Below, one piece after another: positions 1 to 9,887 of a stretch of 64,000 nucleotides of DNA. The notes under the pieces were generated by a model. That model saw only the letters and a list, made by a program, of their open reading frames with translations. It made no database searches and had not been told where the DNA came from. The translations under genes were made by a program, and so were the position numbers. Position 1 is the first letter of the stretch. The number at the start of each line of letters is the position of its first letter. The stretch is taken from NCBI GenBank assembly GCA_964350735.1, contig CAYGKO010000002.1:155566-219565 (forward strand), read 5' to 3'. The DNA is from an uncultured Candidatus Saccharibacteria bacterium (GTDB lineage Bacteria; Patescibacteriota; Minisyncoccia; Phycocordibacterales; UBA918).

Positions 1-55
1 CGGCGTAGTCACCTCGCATAATTGCTTCATGTAGCTGTGTATCAGTTGCTTTCAT
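1..55 (-). CDS. Partial CDS (N-terminus only) running off the window start. Hypothetical, probably part of the mobile-element module.
   Basis: Minus-strand ATG at 53-55 (translates MKATDTQLHEAIMRGDYA...) is open to position 1. It overlaps the upstream small ORF by 14 nt, a phage-like compact arrangement. Confidence 0.25.
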   Translation of the reverse strand, partial: MKATDTQLHEAIMRGDYA

Positions 56-224
56 GACTTTTTAAAATAATACCATCTTTGATTGTGTAGCCTTCTTGTA
101 TAAGTCGTTTATGGACTCCTTCAAGCACACTAGATAGTGATCTGATGCTTTCTATAGTATCAGGAGTAAAAAGCCAGTCTCGGCTGGTTTTTGTGTCTGT
201 GATTGTGACCTGAGACTGACTCAT
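42..224 (-). CDS. Small 60-aa hypothetical protein downstream of the primase/helicase. Possibly a DNA-binding or regulatory protein of a mobile element.
   Basis: Six-frame ORF co-directional with and tightly spaced after the 545-aa P-loop protein. No recognisable motif. Confidence 0.3.
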   Translation of the reverse strand: MSQSQVTITDTKTSRDWLFTPDTIESIRSLSSVLEGVHKRLIQEGYTIKDGIILKSHESN

Positions 225-245
225 ACTCCATTAAATGCTGTACGA

Positions 246-1883
246 CTAGATTGTGTCGTACTCAAACTCTTTTGGAGTTTCGATTAGTTGATCTGTCTGA
301 GGATCGCGAGTTCGTTCAACAGCAACCTCAATAGATTCTGTTTCGACATCTGTTGCCGACTGATTGCTAGTGATATGCACTAGACGTTCTGAACCGCTAC
401 GCTGTAAAAAATCTACAGTTACACCAACGGCACTCAGACTGTTCTCAAGCTCCCGCAGACGCTTACTAAGCGCAGAGGGATTGGTGGCAACCGTTTCGTG
501 CCATTCATTGTCGTTTTCTGCTCGCGATTCCTTTAAACCACGCAGAAGATCGGTCATCGTCCCTTCAAAGTCACCGTGTTCTTCAAGGTAATTGAGTAAT
601 GCTCGACCAGCACTGGTTGTGTAAATAGCATCGTATGCACGATTCTTAGAAGCTTTTTCAAGCGCAGACTCAAACGAGATCGCACCGTAACCCAACGCTT
701 CAGCGCAAGCAGCACCCCACAGCGCGAAGTCATTCATTCGGAATGAACTACGATGATTGAGCGTTTCTTTGATATTCATTGCTTGCACAAGAGTGTCAAA
801 GATTGCACCAAGTAGCTGCGGTTTGAGAGCTTCAAATTCTGCATTAATGTCAGCTCCACTACGTACTTCAGATCGAGGTACCGTTTCAGTCTTAAAGAGC
901 ATGATACGGCTCATTAGGTCGCTTTTGCTGGCTTCCACATTTACACCAGTAATGTACGCTGGGTTTTTGATCTTGAGGACAGTGAGACCAGTATCGGTGT
1001 AGAGTGTCCGACGTGCATCCTCACCGCCAGTAGCAACCATGCAGAGCACATCAGACAGATCGTTATCAATCTTGCTGATATTATCGTTCGCAAATACCCA
1101 CGTCTGATTAAGTAGCGTGAGTAAACTGTCTACCTTACGAATTGGCAAAGATACCCCACCAGCAGATGGATCGAGTAGGTCTTTTACCATTCGTAATAGT
1201 GTTGTCTTGGCTGAACCCGCTGGTCCGTGAATATATGTAATCGCTTGGTCAATATCTTGAATCATCCGTACTGGCAAAGTACTCAAGAACAACATCAGTT
1301 CGTCTTGATTCTTGATATTAATTAGCTTTGCTAGATCCTTTAGATCACCACCTGTCACTGGTGTCACCTGAGGTTTCCCGCATCCTTCCTTAAACAAGAA
1401 AGGTACCTTACTGCCCGAGACTACGCTCCAGCCATCTTTTGTAACCTCAACCACTTCACCAGTAGTATTCTGGAGATTATAGTAGATGTTACCGTCTTGT
1501 TGGGCTACGCGGTGATACAGGTCGTGCTGTTTTTCACCGTACTGTGCTTTGGTCGCCAATGTTCCTGAAATTTCTTTCAAGTTTGAGTCACTCACAATCT
1601 CACCCGCTTGTGTATACAAGCGATGACGCAAATGACTGGTAAAGTCAGTACTGGCAATTGGTAAGTTGACTGACTTGTGACCAATACTAATATTGGCGTA
1701 CGGTGTATTGTTTTGGTCTTTAAATAAGACAATGTCACCTGAAGCTAAGATGCTTTTCAGCAACTTAGTCGTCTTGGTTTGACCACTACTTTTGTGGTCA
1801 AGGTTGTTAGTTTTTGATAAACTACTTGTGTTTGAAGCTGCGTCAGTCTCTGTGACTGGCGCTTCTTTGTTTGAACTTTCCAT
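246..1883 (-). CDS. Phage/plasmid primase-helicase-like P-loop NTPase (VapE / D5 / P4-type C-terminal helicase family).
   Basis: Walker A HGPAGSAKTT followed by a hydrophobic strand ending in an acidic residue (LCMVATGGED). The domain order matches virulence-associated protein E / D5-like helicases of integrated elements. No AEP or toprim primase motif was seen in the N-terminal half. Confidence 0.55.
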   Translation of the reverse strand: MESSNKEAPVTETDAASNTSSLSKTNNLDHKSSGQTKTTKLLKSILASGDIVLFKDQNNTPYANISIGHKSVNLPIASTDFTSHLRHRLYTQAGEIVSDSNLKEISGTLATKAQYGEKQHDLYHRVAQQDGNIYYNLQNTTGEVVEVTKDGWSVVSGSKVPFLFKEGCGKPQVTPVTGGDLKDLAKLINIKNQDELMLFLSTLPVRMIQDIDQAITYIHGPAGSAKTTLLRMVKDLLDPSAGGVSLPIRKVDSLLTLLNQTWVFANDNISKIDNDLSDVLCMVATGGEDARRTLYTDTGLTVLKIKNPAYITGVNVEASKSDLMSRIMLFKTETVPRSEVRSGADINAEFEALKPQLLGAIFDTLVQAMNIKETLNHRSSFRMNDFALWGAACAEALGYGAISFESALEKASKNRAYDAIYTTSAGRALLNYLEEHGDFEGTMTDLLRGLKESRAENDNEWHETVATNPSALSKRLRELENSLSAVGVTVDFLQRSGSERLVHITSNQSATDVETESIEVAVERTRDPQTDQLIETPKEFEYDTI

Positions 1884-1957
1884 ATTGATTAGTGGAATGA
1901 AGTTAAACTAATAAAGACATCATTTACTGATGCCTTCGGATTCTATCTTTTTGTCTG

Positions 1958-1975
1958 TTGATCAAATTTGATCAA
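1958..1975. promoter_or_regulatory. Perfect 18-bp palindrome TTGATCAAATTTGATCAA, upstream of the primase-helicase start and overlapping the stop of the preceding gene. Operator-like.
   Basis: The sequence is its own reverse complement. It sits in the 75-nt region just 5' of the minus-strand start at 1883. Confidence 0.4.
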
Positions 1976-3036
1976 CTTTTGATATACATCGGATTGATTT
2001 GCACAGAATGCATACCTTCGAGTAGCAAAAAGTCTTTTATTGTAGTTTTTTCAGCAACCTTCTTGTTTAAAGCAACAGCAGCGTCATATACAGCTCTATT
2101 ACTAAACGCCTCTTCATCACCCCAATCATCAGTAATTTGGTCCTGACTCCACTCATTTGAAGGATTTTTTAGTAATGTTTGAAGTAACATTGAAGGTCTT
2201 GAATCTTTTTTAATATCAAGATCGAGTACGCGACCATCAAAAATTAGCAGCGCCGCATTCACGTCAACACTTAGTGATTTTATGCCAGAAATAACTTCAG
2301 AATAAGTTCCTTTAATTTCGTTATGTAGCAGCAAGAAACCATTTTGATTGAAATATCTAGCAAGGTTAAGTTCACATAACGGATAGTCAAAAGATACAAA
2401 ATCATACTCGTGACAAGCCAATGTTAGTAAAGCTGATATATCTTTTACCTCAGGAGCAATCTGCATATCTTCAATATAGCGAAATGCAAAAAGGGCTATT
2501 AGTGCCTGCATTGAGATTGTCTGTTGTTGTGTGCTGAAATAATCATTTAAATCGGCCAGACTGTCTTTAAAGAAGTCTCCTGTCTGTACTACCACGCCCA
2601 ACCCCACCCATAAATGGTTAGCTTTCTCGTGAAAGTATTTGTCATATTTTCCTTTCAGGTCCTCTTCGCGATTAAAGAGTATATTTGCAACAAAGTGCAA
2701 TAAAGCGTAGCTCGCATGCCCTGATATGAGGTATTCATATGTCGACTCTTGTGCACCATTAAAAACTGAACGAATATCATCAAAGGGTGCTAATTCTTCC
2801 TTTGTAAAATCTATTCCATCAGTCATTTCGGTGTAACACACTAAAGCACCATTTTTAGCTTTATCAATTACACGCTCGACTTCTCTTGATTTTAAAGATG
2901 TCTGTAAATGCTCTGTTGCCGAATCGTTTTTCATCACCAACTTCACATAGGCATGAAGAGCATACAAAAGTTCCTTGCGACCCGTTTCATCAGCATTAAT
3001 TACTGCGTTATACGAATTATCTAAATCTGCTGTCAT
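1972..3036 (-). CDS. Hypothetical protein (354 aa), first gene of the primase-helicase module.
   Basis: Long ORF with no recognisable motifs, co-directional with the primase-helicase. Possibly mobile-element cargo. Confidence 0.4.
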   Translation of the reverse strand: MTADLDNSYNAVINADETGRKELLYALHAYVKLVMKNDSATEHLQTSLKSREVERVIDKAKNGALVCYTEMTDGIDFTKEELAPFDDIRSVFNGAQESTYEYLISGHASYALLHFVANILFNREEDLKGKYDKYFHEKANHLWVGLGVVVQTGDFFKDSLADLNDYFSTQQQTISMQALIALFAFRYIEDMQIAPEVKDISALLTLACHEYDFVSFDYPLCELNLARYFNQNGFLLLHNEIKGTYSEVISGIKSLSVDVNAALLIFDGRVLDLDIKKDSRPSMLLQTLLKNPSNEWSQDQITDDWGDEEAFSNRAVYDAAVALNKKVAEKTTIKDFLLLEGMHSVQINPMYIKS

Positions 3037-3267
3037 TCATGTCATTATAGCTGTTTTAGCTTTGCATAGCATCAACTAAGTTGCTATGATCTAAACACAA
3101 CTTAGTCACCTAACCCCACGTCGTGAGACATGGGCATGGTGCGAATACAAAGTCTCGACAAGAACAAAAAACCCATTGTTAAAGGGGGTCTCTTGTCGAG
3201 CTGTGTCTGGGAAACCAGGTGCATGAGCTTCGGCTCTACCTTTTAGCAGTGGGCTTTTTGTATACCT

Positions 3268-4239
3268 ATGAAAAAAATAATCTTATCTCTATTACTCATC
3301 ACACCAGTCTTTGTTAGTGCAACTGGCTATGACTATCTCCCAGACGATGTCTGGATCAAACAGCAAGAAGAAAAATCAGAACTGGAGTTTCGTTTGCGTC
3401 AGATCGAGGCTGGTATGAGTGGAAATCTAGAAAGCTCACTACGAACCATTGAGTACCGTATCGACGAACTCGAACGAGAACTACAAACGGAAATCGGCTA
3501 TATCAAAGGTCGCTATGGGCAACTTGGTGTTGCTAACCAAATACCATCAGCGGTGGCTAAAGTTAGTTCTGAGTTTGAAGCTGAAATCTCATACCTAGAA
3601 GATGAACGCGACGAGCTAAAGAAGTTCATTCGTGAGGAAGAAGAAGCCCAAGATGCCATCGAGGCACTAGAAGCTCGTATTGCAGAGCTAGAGTCACAAT
3701 CTGTTGCCGAATCAATTCCTGCCTATACACCAACACAAACAATAGTGCGCCCTACTCCTGAAGCAATGTTTGAATACATCGATTCACTTTCACTTTCTGA
3801 AGCCTCTGCTGTATACAATGATCTGCGTCTATGGGACCCCGAGATGTATGAAGATGTGAAATACTTGATTGATCTCACCTATCCTCATGGGAAGCCAGGA
3901 TCCGCTCGTTATGAAGAATATCAAGCGGCTGAACTAGCTGATATTGCTAACTCGATACAATCTCTACAAAGTGAAATCCAGGCTGCGACAGAGCCAAAAA
4001 TAGCTCCTGAGCCGGTATATGTACCTCCAACACAACCAGAGCCTTTGCCTGAACCAGAAGTGACGGAAGAACGGAAAAACCCAGTAGCTACCTCTACTAA
4101 CGAGACGGCAACAACTACAGAGACTTTTAATTTGGAGTCCGAAGAGATATTTACCGAAGAGCCTGAGCCTGTGACACCAGTACAAGCACAACCGGGTTTT
4201 CTCTCCCGGGTGGTGAATTTCTTCAAGAGCTGGTTTTAA
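3268..4239 (+). CDS. Secreted coiled-coil, proline-rich protein.
   Basis: N-terminal signal peptide MKKIILSLLLITPVFVSA. Followed by heptad-like E/L/R-rich segments and a C-terminal PEP/PEPEV proline-rich region. Confidence 0.5.
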   Translation: MKKIILSLLLITPVFVSATGYDYLPDDVWIKQQEEKSELEFRLRQIEAGMSGNLESSLRTIEYRIDELERELQTEIGYIKGRYGQLGVANQIPSAVAKVSSEFEAEISYLEDERDELKKFIREEEEAQDAIEALEARIAELESQSVAESIPAYTPTQTIVRPTPEAMFEYIDSLSLSEASAVYNDLRLWDPEMYEDVKYLIDLTYPHGKPGSARYEEYQAAELADIANSIQSLQSEIQAATEPKIAPEPVYVPPTQPEPLPEPEVTEERKNPVATSTNETATTTETFNLESEEIFTEEPEPVTPVQAQPGFLSRVVNFFKSWF

Positions 4240-4431
4240 ATCAAAATAATCACGGTATTTCAAAACTCGTTTGAAAAAACTACCGGAAATATCAAAATAA
4301 GGGATAAAATACCTTTTATCTGCAACAAGGTCGTGAAATCCAGTTTGATTAATTTGATAAAAGGACAGGTAGAGGGTAGGTCGAAATCAGGTTTATGACA
4401 GGAATGACAGGAATTTTGGTATAATTAGGCT

Positions 4432-5148
4432 ATGGAAATGATTAAAACAAACTCTTTTGAACTGGCAGTACATACTGCCGGAGAACCAAACAGCGAACGA
4501 ATGATGCTCTGTTTGCCAGGTCGACTGGACACTAAAGATTATGCTCACATTCAGAGTCACGTAGAGTACTTTGCCAATAAGGGATTTTTTACCGTAACAT
4601 TTGACCCTCCAGGCACTTGGGAAAGTAGTGACGATATTTCTCTCTACACTACACCAAACTACTTGACTGCCATTCATGAAATTATCGAGCACTTCGGCAA
4701 TCGGCCTACAGTAGCCCTTGGTCATAGCCGTGGCGGCACAATGGCGCTACTTGCAGGAGTACATAACGAGTACGTAACTCACATGGTTGCAGTTATGTCT
4801 CACTGGGGACCAAGTGGACGCCCTGACGTTGAGGGTGATGTGCACGTGTCTACCCGTGATATCCCTCCAGGCACAGAACGTACTGAAGAGCGAAAAACAT
4901 TTGAACTACCAATGAGTTACTTCAACGACTTGGCTGATTACAGTGGACTGGATACATGCGCTAAACCAAAACTGTTCTTTGCTGGCTTAAATGACGTGTT
5001 AATCACCCCTGATGACGTAAAAGAGATGGTTGATGCTTCGGCAGAACCAAAACAGTACCTAGAACTCGACTCAGAGCATGACTACCGACTACATGCTGAT
5101 ATCATTGCTGAAGTAAATGTAAAAGTTGAAGAATTTTTGACTGAGTAA
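4432..5148 (+). CDS. Alpha/beta hydrolase fold esterase/hydrolase.
   Basis: Nucleophile elbow GHSRGG (GxSxG) after a beta-strand, with downstream Asp/His candidates. A sigma70-like promoter lies upstream (TGACAG-18nt-TATAAT near 4395-4423). Confidence 0.6.
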   Translation: MEMIKTNSFELAVHTAGEPNSERMMLCLPGRLDTKDYAHIQSHVEYFANKGFFTVTFDPPGTWESSDDISLYTTPNYLTAIHEIIEHFGNRPTVALGHSRGGTMALLAGVHNEYVTHMVAVMSHWGPSGRPDVEGDVHVSTRDIPPGTERTEERKTFELPMSYFNDLADYSGLDTCAKPKLFFAGLNDVLITPDDVKEMVDASAEPKQYLELDSEHDYRLHADIIAEVNVKVEEFLTE

Positions 5149-5151
5149 TTT

Positions 5152-6021
5152 ATGGAACCTTGGTTTTTATACGTTTGTGCGACTATCGTTTGTAGTGGAC
5201 TAGGTTCATTTCTGCAAAAAGTATCTGCAAAAAATGATCATAATTCAAAAGTAGTTACGATCTTCTCCTTTGTTGTGACTATCCTTGTTGCACCTGCTGT
5301 TTGGTATACTCAAGGAGCTTCTATCGATGGGTGGCAAGTTGCTTTATTCGCAGGTGGATTAGGAGGTATTTTGTACGCACTTTCATACGTCTTGAGAATT
5401 ACCAACCTGCGTTACATCGATACGACGATTTATTTTCCATTGTATAAAACACTCGGTCCACTTCTCGTATTAGTAATTGGTTTACTATATTTTAAAGATA
5501 ATCTCACAACTTTTGACTACTGGGGTATAGGTATTGGGGTACTTGTACCACTAATGCTTCTGAGTAGATCAGAAAAGCATCGGCAGCAAAACCTAACCAA
5601 GGGTTTATTACTGCTTTTACTTACAGCATCAATAACGGCACTAGCATTCGCTACTTCAAAAATTGGAGTTGATAGTGGAGTGAACATTTGGTTGTTTATG
5701 TCCTTGCAAGCAATCGTGGGTATAATCTCTGCACTACTGTTTGCTGTACCAAAATTCAAAAAAGATAAGTTAATGGATTTCACTCTGCATAAGAAAGCAG
5801 TTTGGATTGGATTGTTGCTTGGTCTGATAGATACGCTGAACATTTTCTTTATCCTAATGGCTCTGACTACTGGTCTAGTTTCAGTTGTGTACACAGTGAA
5901 CAGTTTCTACATTCTTATTCCGATCGTGCTTTCAGTCATCTTGTACGGTGAACACATGAATGCACGAAAGGCAGTTGCTATTGGGTTATCAATTGCATCA
6001 GTAATATTTTTCCAAATATAA
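5152..6021 (+). CDS. Polytopic membrane protein, DMT/EamA-like transporter.
   Basis: About 10 hydrophobic helices in a two-fold repeat arrangement. Start lies 4 nt after the hydrolase stop, so it is probably operonic. Confidence 0.45.
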   Translation: MEPWFLYVCATIVCSGLGSFLQKVSAKNDHNSKVVTIFSFVVTILVAPAVWYTQGASIDGWQVALFAGGLGGILYALSYVLRITNLRYIDTTIYFPLYKTLGPLLVLVIGLLYFKDNLTTFDYWGIGIGVLVPLMLLSRSEKHRQQNLTKGLLLLLLTASITALAFATSKIGVDSGVNIWLFMSLQAIVGIISALLFAVPKFKKDKLMDFTLHKKAVWIGLLLGLIDTLNIFFILMALTTGLVSVVYTVNSFYILIPIVLSVILYGEHMNARKAVAIGLSIASVIFFQI

Positions 6022-6032
6022 AAGCAACTCGG

Positions 6033-9000
6033 TTGAATAAATGCTATATAACTACACAAAAGCCTATTATGCTAAAGGACACAATCATAAATATAGTTTC
6101 ACCGGATGAGTTTGAGAATCTTTGCCAACAAATACTTGTTGCAGAGTTTCCAGACTTCGAGGTAATTGATGACAGCTCAGGTGACGGTGGTAATGATGGC
6201 TATAGTGCTAGTGAAAAAACACTTTGGCAGCTTTACTGTCCTAAAAAAGATAATTTGTCGATAAAGGAGCAAAGAGAGCGATACCAGGCAAAGATCAGAA
6301 CCGACTTGGCTAAGGCAGCAAAACTTAAGAGCGAAAAAGGGTACGAGATAGATAGATGGATTTTTACAACAACAAAACCACTTACAGAAGAATTACACAC
6401 TTATCTAAGGAATAAAGCCGGGGATTACGGCTTTGCCTGTTCAGTGTGGTCGTCAAAAAAACTAAATGAGTTGCTGTCAAAACACTCACATGTACAGGAT
6501 TTGTTTCCAGACTTAGTTTTAGCAAAAACTCACGAGCTGGTTGAGGAAGTTAAGGCAAACCAAAAAAGTGTTGCCGACTCAGAAGCAAAAGGAAAACAAA
6601 CTCTCAATTCCGCGTTTAAGAAAAGAATTGACGAGGCCAGAGATCGGTTAAATGTTGGCAATGCCGCAAGCGCAAAGGAGTCATACATGAGAATCTTGGA
6701 TGACATGAGTGAATATCCGTCTGAGATAGATCAGCATCTACTCTTCAGAGCAAAGAATAACCTAGGAAATGCTGAACAGATTCTCGGGAATTACCCAGAG
6801 GCTGTCAGATTATTCAGAGAAGCTTTTGAGCACGATCCAAATAATAAGGTTGCGATACTGAATCAGGCATTAGCATTAACACTCGAAGAAAAGTATGAAG
6901 AAGCATTAGGCTATCTAGAAACTATTTCTGCTGACTACGGTACTGATAATCACTACATTGTTATCAGATGCAATACTCTCAAAATGCTCGGTAGATATTC
7001 AGATTTATACGAATATTTAGGACCTCTGTCCAAACCAAAATTACTTTTAACATACAGGGCTTTTGAACAACAAGACGCAGGAAATTCAAAAGAGGCCCTT
7101 CATTTTTTTGAAGAGGTTTTAAAAATTGAGCGTGGCAATCAAGAAGCTCTTGAAGGTGCCACCCACTCCGTTTTATTTGGTTATAAAGATGATTTGCGTA
7201 ACGGAACTTTGCCTGAATACATGTTGAAGCCAGAGCTGCGTGAAATATTCCAAAAGACTGAGTCATGGATCAAACAGTTAATTGAAATATACAAATTCAA
7301 TAACGAGACTCAAAAGATTGAGGCGGGCTACACAAACCTGGCAGCAGCACAGTTAGCTTTGTCTGACTATCAAACAGCACTCAGATCGGCTCAAAAAGCG
7401 CTCGACTATGACGCTACTTCAATGGTTGCGTGGCAAAACAAAGGTATATGTGAACTGAAACTAAATAACTACAAAGATTGTCTACACAGCCTAAAACAAT
7501 TCGTTGTTTACGGGGGTGTTGAAGCTGCCGTAGCTCCTGTGCTGGCTATGTGTGCACGAGAGATCAATGATCATGATCTGACTATTGAATACGGTGAAAA
7601 ATATTTGCATGTTGATGGAACTATAGATATTGAGATGGCAGAAATTCTAATTGGCGTTTATGCGAACGATCTTAATACGGAGAAAGTTGAGCGAATTCTA
7701 AACGAACTTAAGGACTCTCACCCAGATGATAGTTCAGCGAATAGAGTAATTGGAAATTTTTATAGCAAGCGAGGTTTAGACGACGCTTTATCTCACTTAG
7801 AGAAAGCTATAGCTAAAGCACAAAACCCAACAGATAAAATGATGGCTGAAGTAGCGCTTGCTGACCACCATTTTAAGAGCAGTGACTATAACAAAGCAGC
7901 TGATTTATACGAAAAATATATTGATAAAGATGAAGCACGTTTTGTAACAATAAAATACTTACGCTCTCTTTATCGAGCTGGTAAATATGGTCAGTTATTG
8001 AAAGAGGTGTCAGAGTTCGGTGACAGCGCTAAAAACATTGAGCAGGTTTTAGAGCTTGAAGCACATGCAAATCTAACATTGCAAAACATTGAAATTGCAG
8101 CCAGAAAGTTTAAAAAACTTTATACCAATACCGGAAATACGGACTACGTTATTAATTATGGGTTATGCGAAATTAGACAAAAGAACACCGACAAAGCAAA
8201 AAGCGCTTATGATGCTGCAAGGTCACAAGCTAAAGACATTAACGACTGGATGTCGTTAGCACATGGCTACACCGCGTTAGGTGACTGGGCCTCAGCAATT
8301 GACTTGGTTCATAAAAGCTACGAACAAGACCCTAATGACCCAGAAATAATGAAGTCTTATATATGGATATTTCTATTTTCTGAACAAGCTAGTGATATTG
8401 AAAGTAACGAGAAGCATGTGAAAACATTTCAAGAAATCAGTGTTAAATACGGTGAAAGGTTTCCTGATCAAGAAGACTTGCGAAGCATAAAGATTCAAGG
8501 TGATGATGTGACACCTATTTTAGAGATGATTAAATCTGTCTCGGAAAACGCTCAGCAGGCCCAAACCTTTTACTCAGAATCAAAAGCACCACTGTCCTTT
8601 ATTCCAAACATGACTGGCAGAAGTCCACTGGTTGTTTGGAATGCTTTTACTGCTGACAGTCAAACTGGTATTCAGTCAAATTTTGGGAGCGAAGACGAGA
8701 CAGTGTACGAACAAAAAACACTGAAAGAAACATCAAACCTACAGACTGTTATTGATATATACCCGATTCTGTTACTGCACCGAACAGGCTTCTTAGAAGA
8801 GGTTCTGGGTAATTTTAAAAAAGTTTACATCCACCAAAGCGTCCTTGATAACCTTAATGCTTCAATTAATGACGAACGGCTCGCTTTGAAAAACGGACAA
8901 GAAACTATCGGTTACAACAATGGCCAGTTTGTGATGACTGAGATGAGTGTTGAACAAATCTCGAAATCAGTCGAAAATGTAGAGACATTAATTGAAAAAA

Positions 9001-9626
9001 TTAAATCGTTACCAAATGTTGAAATAAGAGGCTTTGAGTCTGAAACTGATAACGTCGAGACTGATTTTCTCAATAAGCTTCATACCACGACAAGAAGTTC
9101 AGCATATCTAGCTAAGCAACTAGGCATACCGTTTTATACAGACGACAAGATAGTGCGTGCTGTCCTTAAGTCTGATGAAGTATATTCTTTCTCAACATAT
9201 GGCCTACTAACCCACCTTGCGTCTGAAGGTAAGATCACGGACGACCATTACCATTCACTTCACAAGCAAATGCTTGAGTTGGGCTACACATACGTACCTA
9301 TTAATGCCAAAATGATTTTTTATGAGCTGGTCAAAGAGATGAGTATCGAATCAATCGAAATTTATGCCAGAAACATCGCAAAACCTGAAACCACATTACC
9401 TTCAGTAACAGTTGTCTTGAGTGAGTTACTACTCTTTCTCTTAGCTGAAACTGCGATTCCAAACTCTACAAAAAAACAAGCTTTTCAGAGAATGTTGTCA
9501 GAGATAAAAGAAAATCACGATGTGCAAAATATAAGAGAAGGTATATCGTTGATTCTTGGAAAAAATTTAGACAGCACACAAAAAGTCTTTGTAGACCAAT
9601 TACTCGATACTCTTATTGGAAGGTAG
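6033..9626 (+). CDS. Large multidomain protein (1197 aa). N-terminal Mrr-like PD-(D/E)xK restriction-endonuclease domain, a long TPR-repeat array, and a C-terminal domain with PIN-like acidic motifs.
   Basis: The N-terminus FENLCQQILVAEFPDFEVIDDSSGDGGNDG ... LWQLYCPKK ... RWIFTTTKPLTEEL matches the Mrr_cat pattern (FExl..ll..mGy.v ..gDgGiD .. vQcKry .. ifvTt). Many 34-residue A/L/Y/N-rich repeats span roughly residues 200-800. The C-terminal region has VIDIYPILLL and FYTDDKIV acidic motifs. Confidence 0.6.
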   Translation: MNKCYITTQKPIMLKDTIINIVSPDEFENLCQQILVAEFPDFEVIDDSSGDGGNDGYSASEKTLWQLYCPKKDNLSIKEQRERYQAKIRTDLAKAAKLKSEKGYEIDRWIFTTTKPLTEELHTYLRNKAGDYGFACSVWSSKKLNELLSKHSHVQDLFPDLVLAKTHELVEEVKANQKSVADSEAKGKQTLNSAFKKRIDEARDRLNVGNAASAKESYMRILDDMSEYPSEIDQHLLFRAKNNLGNAEQILGNYPEAVRLFREAFEHDPNNKVAILNQALALTLEEKYEEALGYLETISADYGTDNHYIVIRCNTLKMLGRYSDLYEYLGPLSKPKLLLTYRAFEQQDAGNSKEALHFFEEVLKIERGNQEALEGATHSVLFGYKDDLRNGTLPEYMLKPELREIFQKTESWIKQLIEIYKFNNETQKIEAGYTNLAAAQLALSDYQTALRSAQKALDYDATSMVAWQNKGICELKLNNYKDCLHSLKQFVVYGGVEAAVAPVLAMCAREINDHDLTIEYGEKYLHVDGTIDIEMAEILIGVYANDLNTEKVERILNELKDSHPDDSSANRVIGNFYSKRGLDDALSHLEKAIAKAQNPTDKMMAEVALADHHFKSSDYNKAADLYEKYIDKDEARFVTIKYLRSLYRAGKYGQLLKEVSEFGDSAKNIEQVLELEAHANLTLQNIEIAARKFKKLYTNTGNTDYVINYGLCEIRQKNTDKAKSAYDAARSQAKDINDWMSLAHGYTALGDWASAIDLVHKSYEQDPNDPEIMKSYIWIFLFSEQASDIESNEKHVKTFQEISVKYGERFPDQEDLRSIKIQGDDVTPILEMIKSVSENAQQAQTFYSESKAPLSFIPNMTGRSPLVVWNAFTADSQTGIQSNFGSEDETVYEQKTLKETSNLQTVIDIYPILLLHRTGFLEEVLGNFKKVYIHQSVLDNLNASINDERLALKNGQETIGYNNGQFVMTEMSVEQISKSVENVETLIEKIKSLPNVEIRGFESETDNVETDFLNKLHTTTRSSAYLAKQLGIPFYTDDKIVRAVLKSDEVYSFSTYGLLTHLASEGKITDDHYHSLHKQMLELGYTYVPINAKMIFYELVKEMSIESIEIYARNIAKPETTLPSVTVVLSELLLFLLAETAIPNSTKKQAFQRMLSEIKENHDVQNIREGISLILGKNLDSTQKVFVDQLLDTLIGR

Positions 9627-9858
9627 AACAACTTTTCACTTTGATTTATTTTGAAAACTAGTCGCAAAAAATATACGAAGTAAAAATTCTTAGAAAGTTT
9701 GGAAAATGGGGGTTGTTGCTATATGACACTAGTGACAGACTAACTCAAATTTCTAACTGAGAGAGTGAAAATATTGTTGATTTGATGTATTCAGTGCTTT
9801 CCCCAAGTTCGGAAAGCCAGTATAATGGGTCACCAAAGGGGTCACACGACCCAATTAG

Positions 9859-9887
9859 AAAAAACCGCCAGAAATGGCGGTTTTTTC
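9859..9887. terminator. Bidirectional rho-independent terminator.
   Basis: A-run, then stem ACCGCCA, loop GAAA, stem TGGCGGT, then T6. It sits after the 1197-aa gene and ahead of the minus-strand RAYT. Confidence 0.5.

Noticed and set aside
364-1002. Plus-strand ORFs of 75 and 81 aa inside the primase-helicase gene
   Set aside because: They are entirely antisense to a well-supported 545-aa CDS and have low-complexity R/S-rich translations. These are typical shadow ORFs.
3152-3215. 10-bp inverted repeat CTCGACAAGA/TCTTGTCGAG in the divergent promoter region
   Set aside because: It is kept only as a possible operator or hairpin. It is a single occurrence in a 230-nt AT-rich spacer, and no regulator can be assigned.
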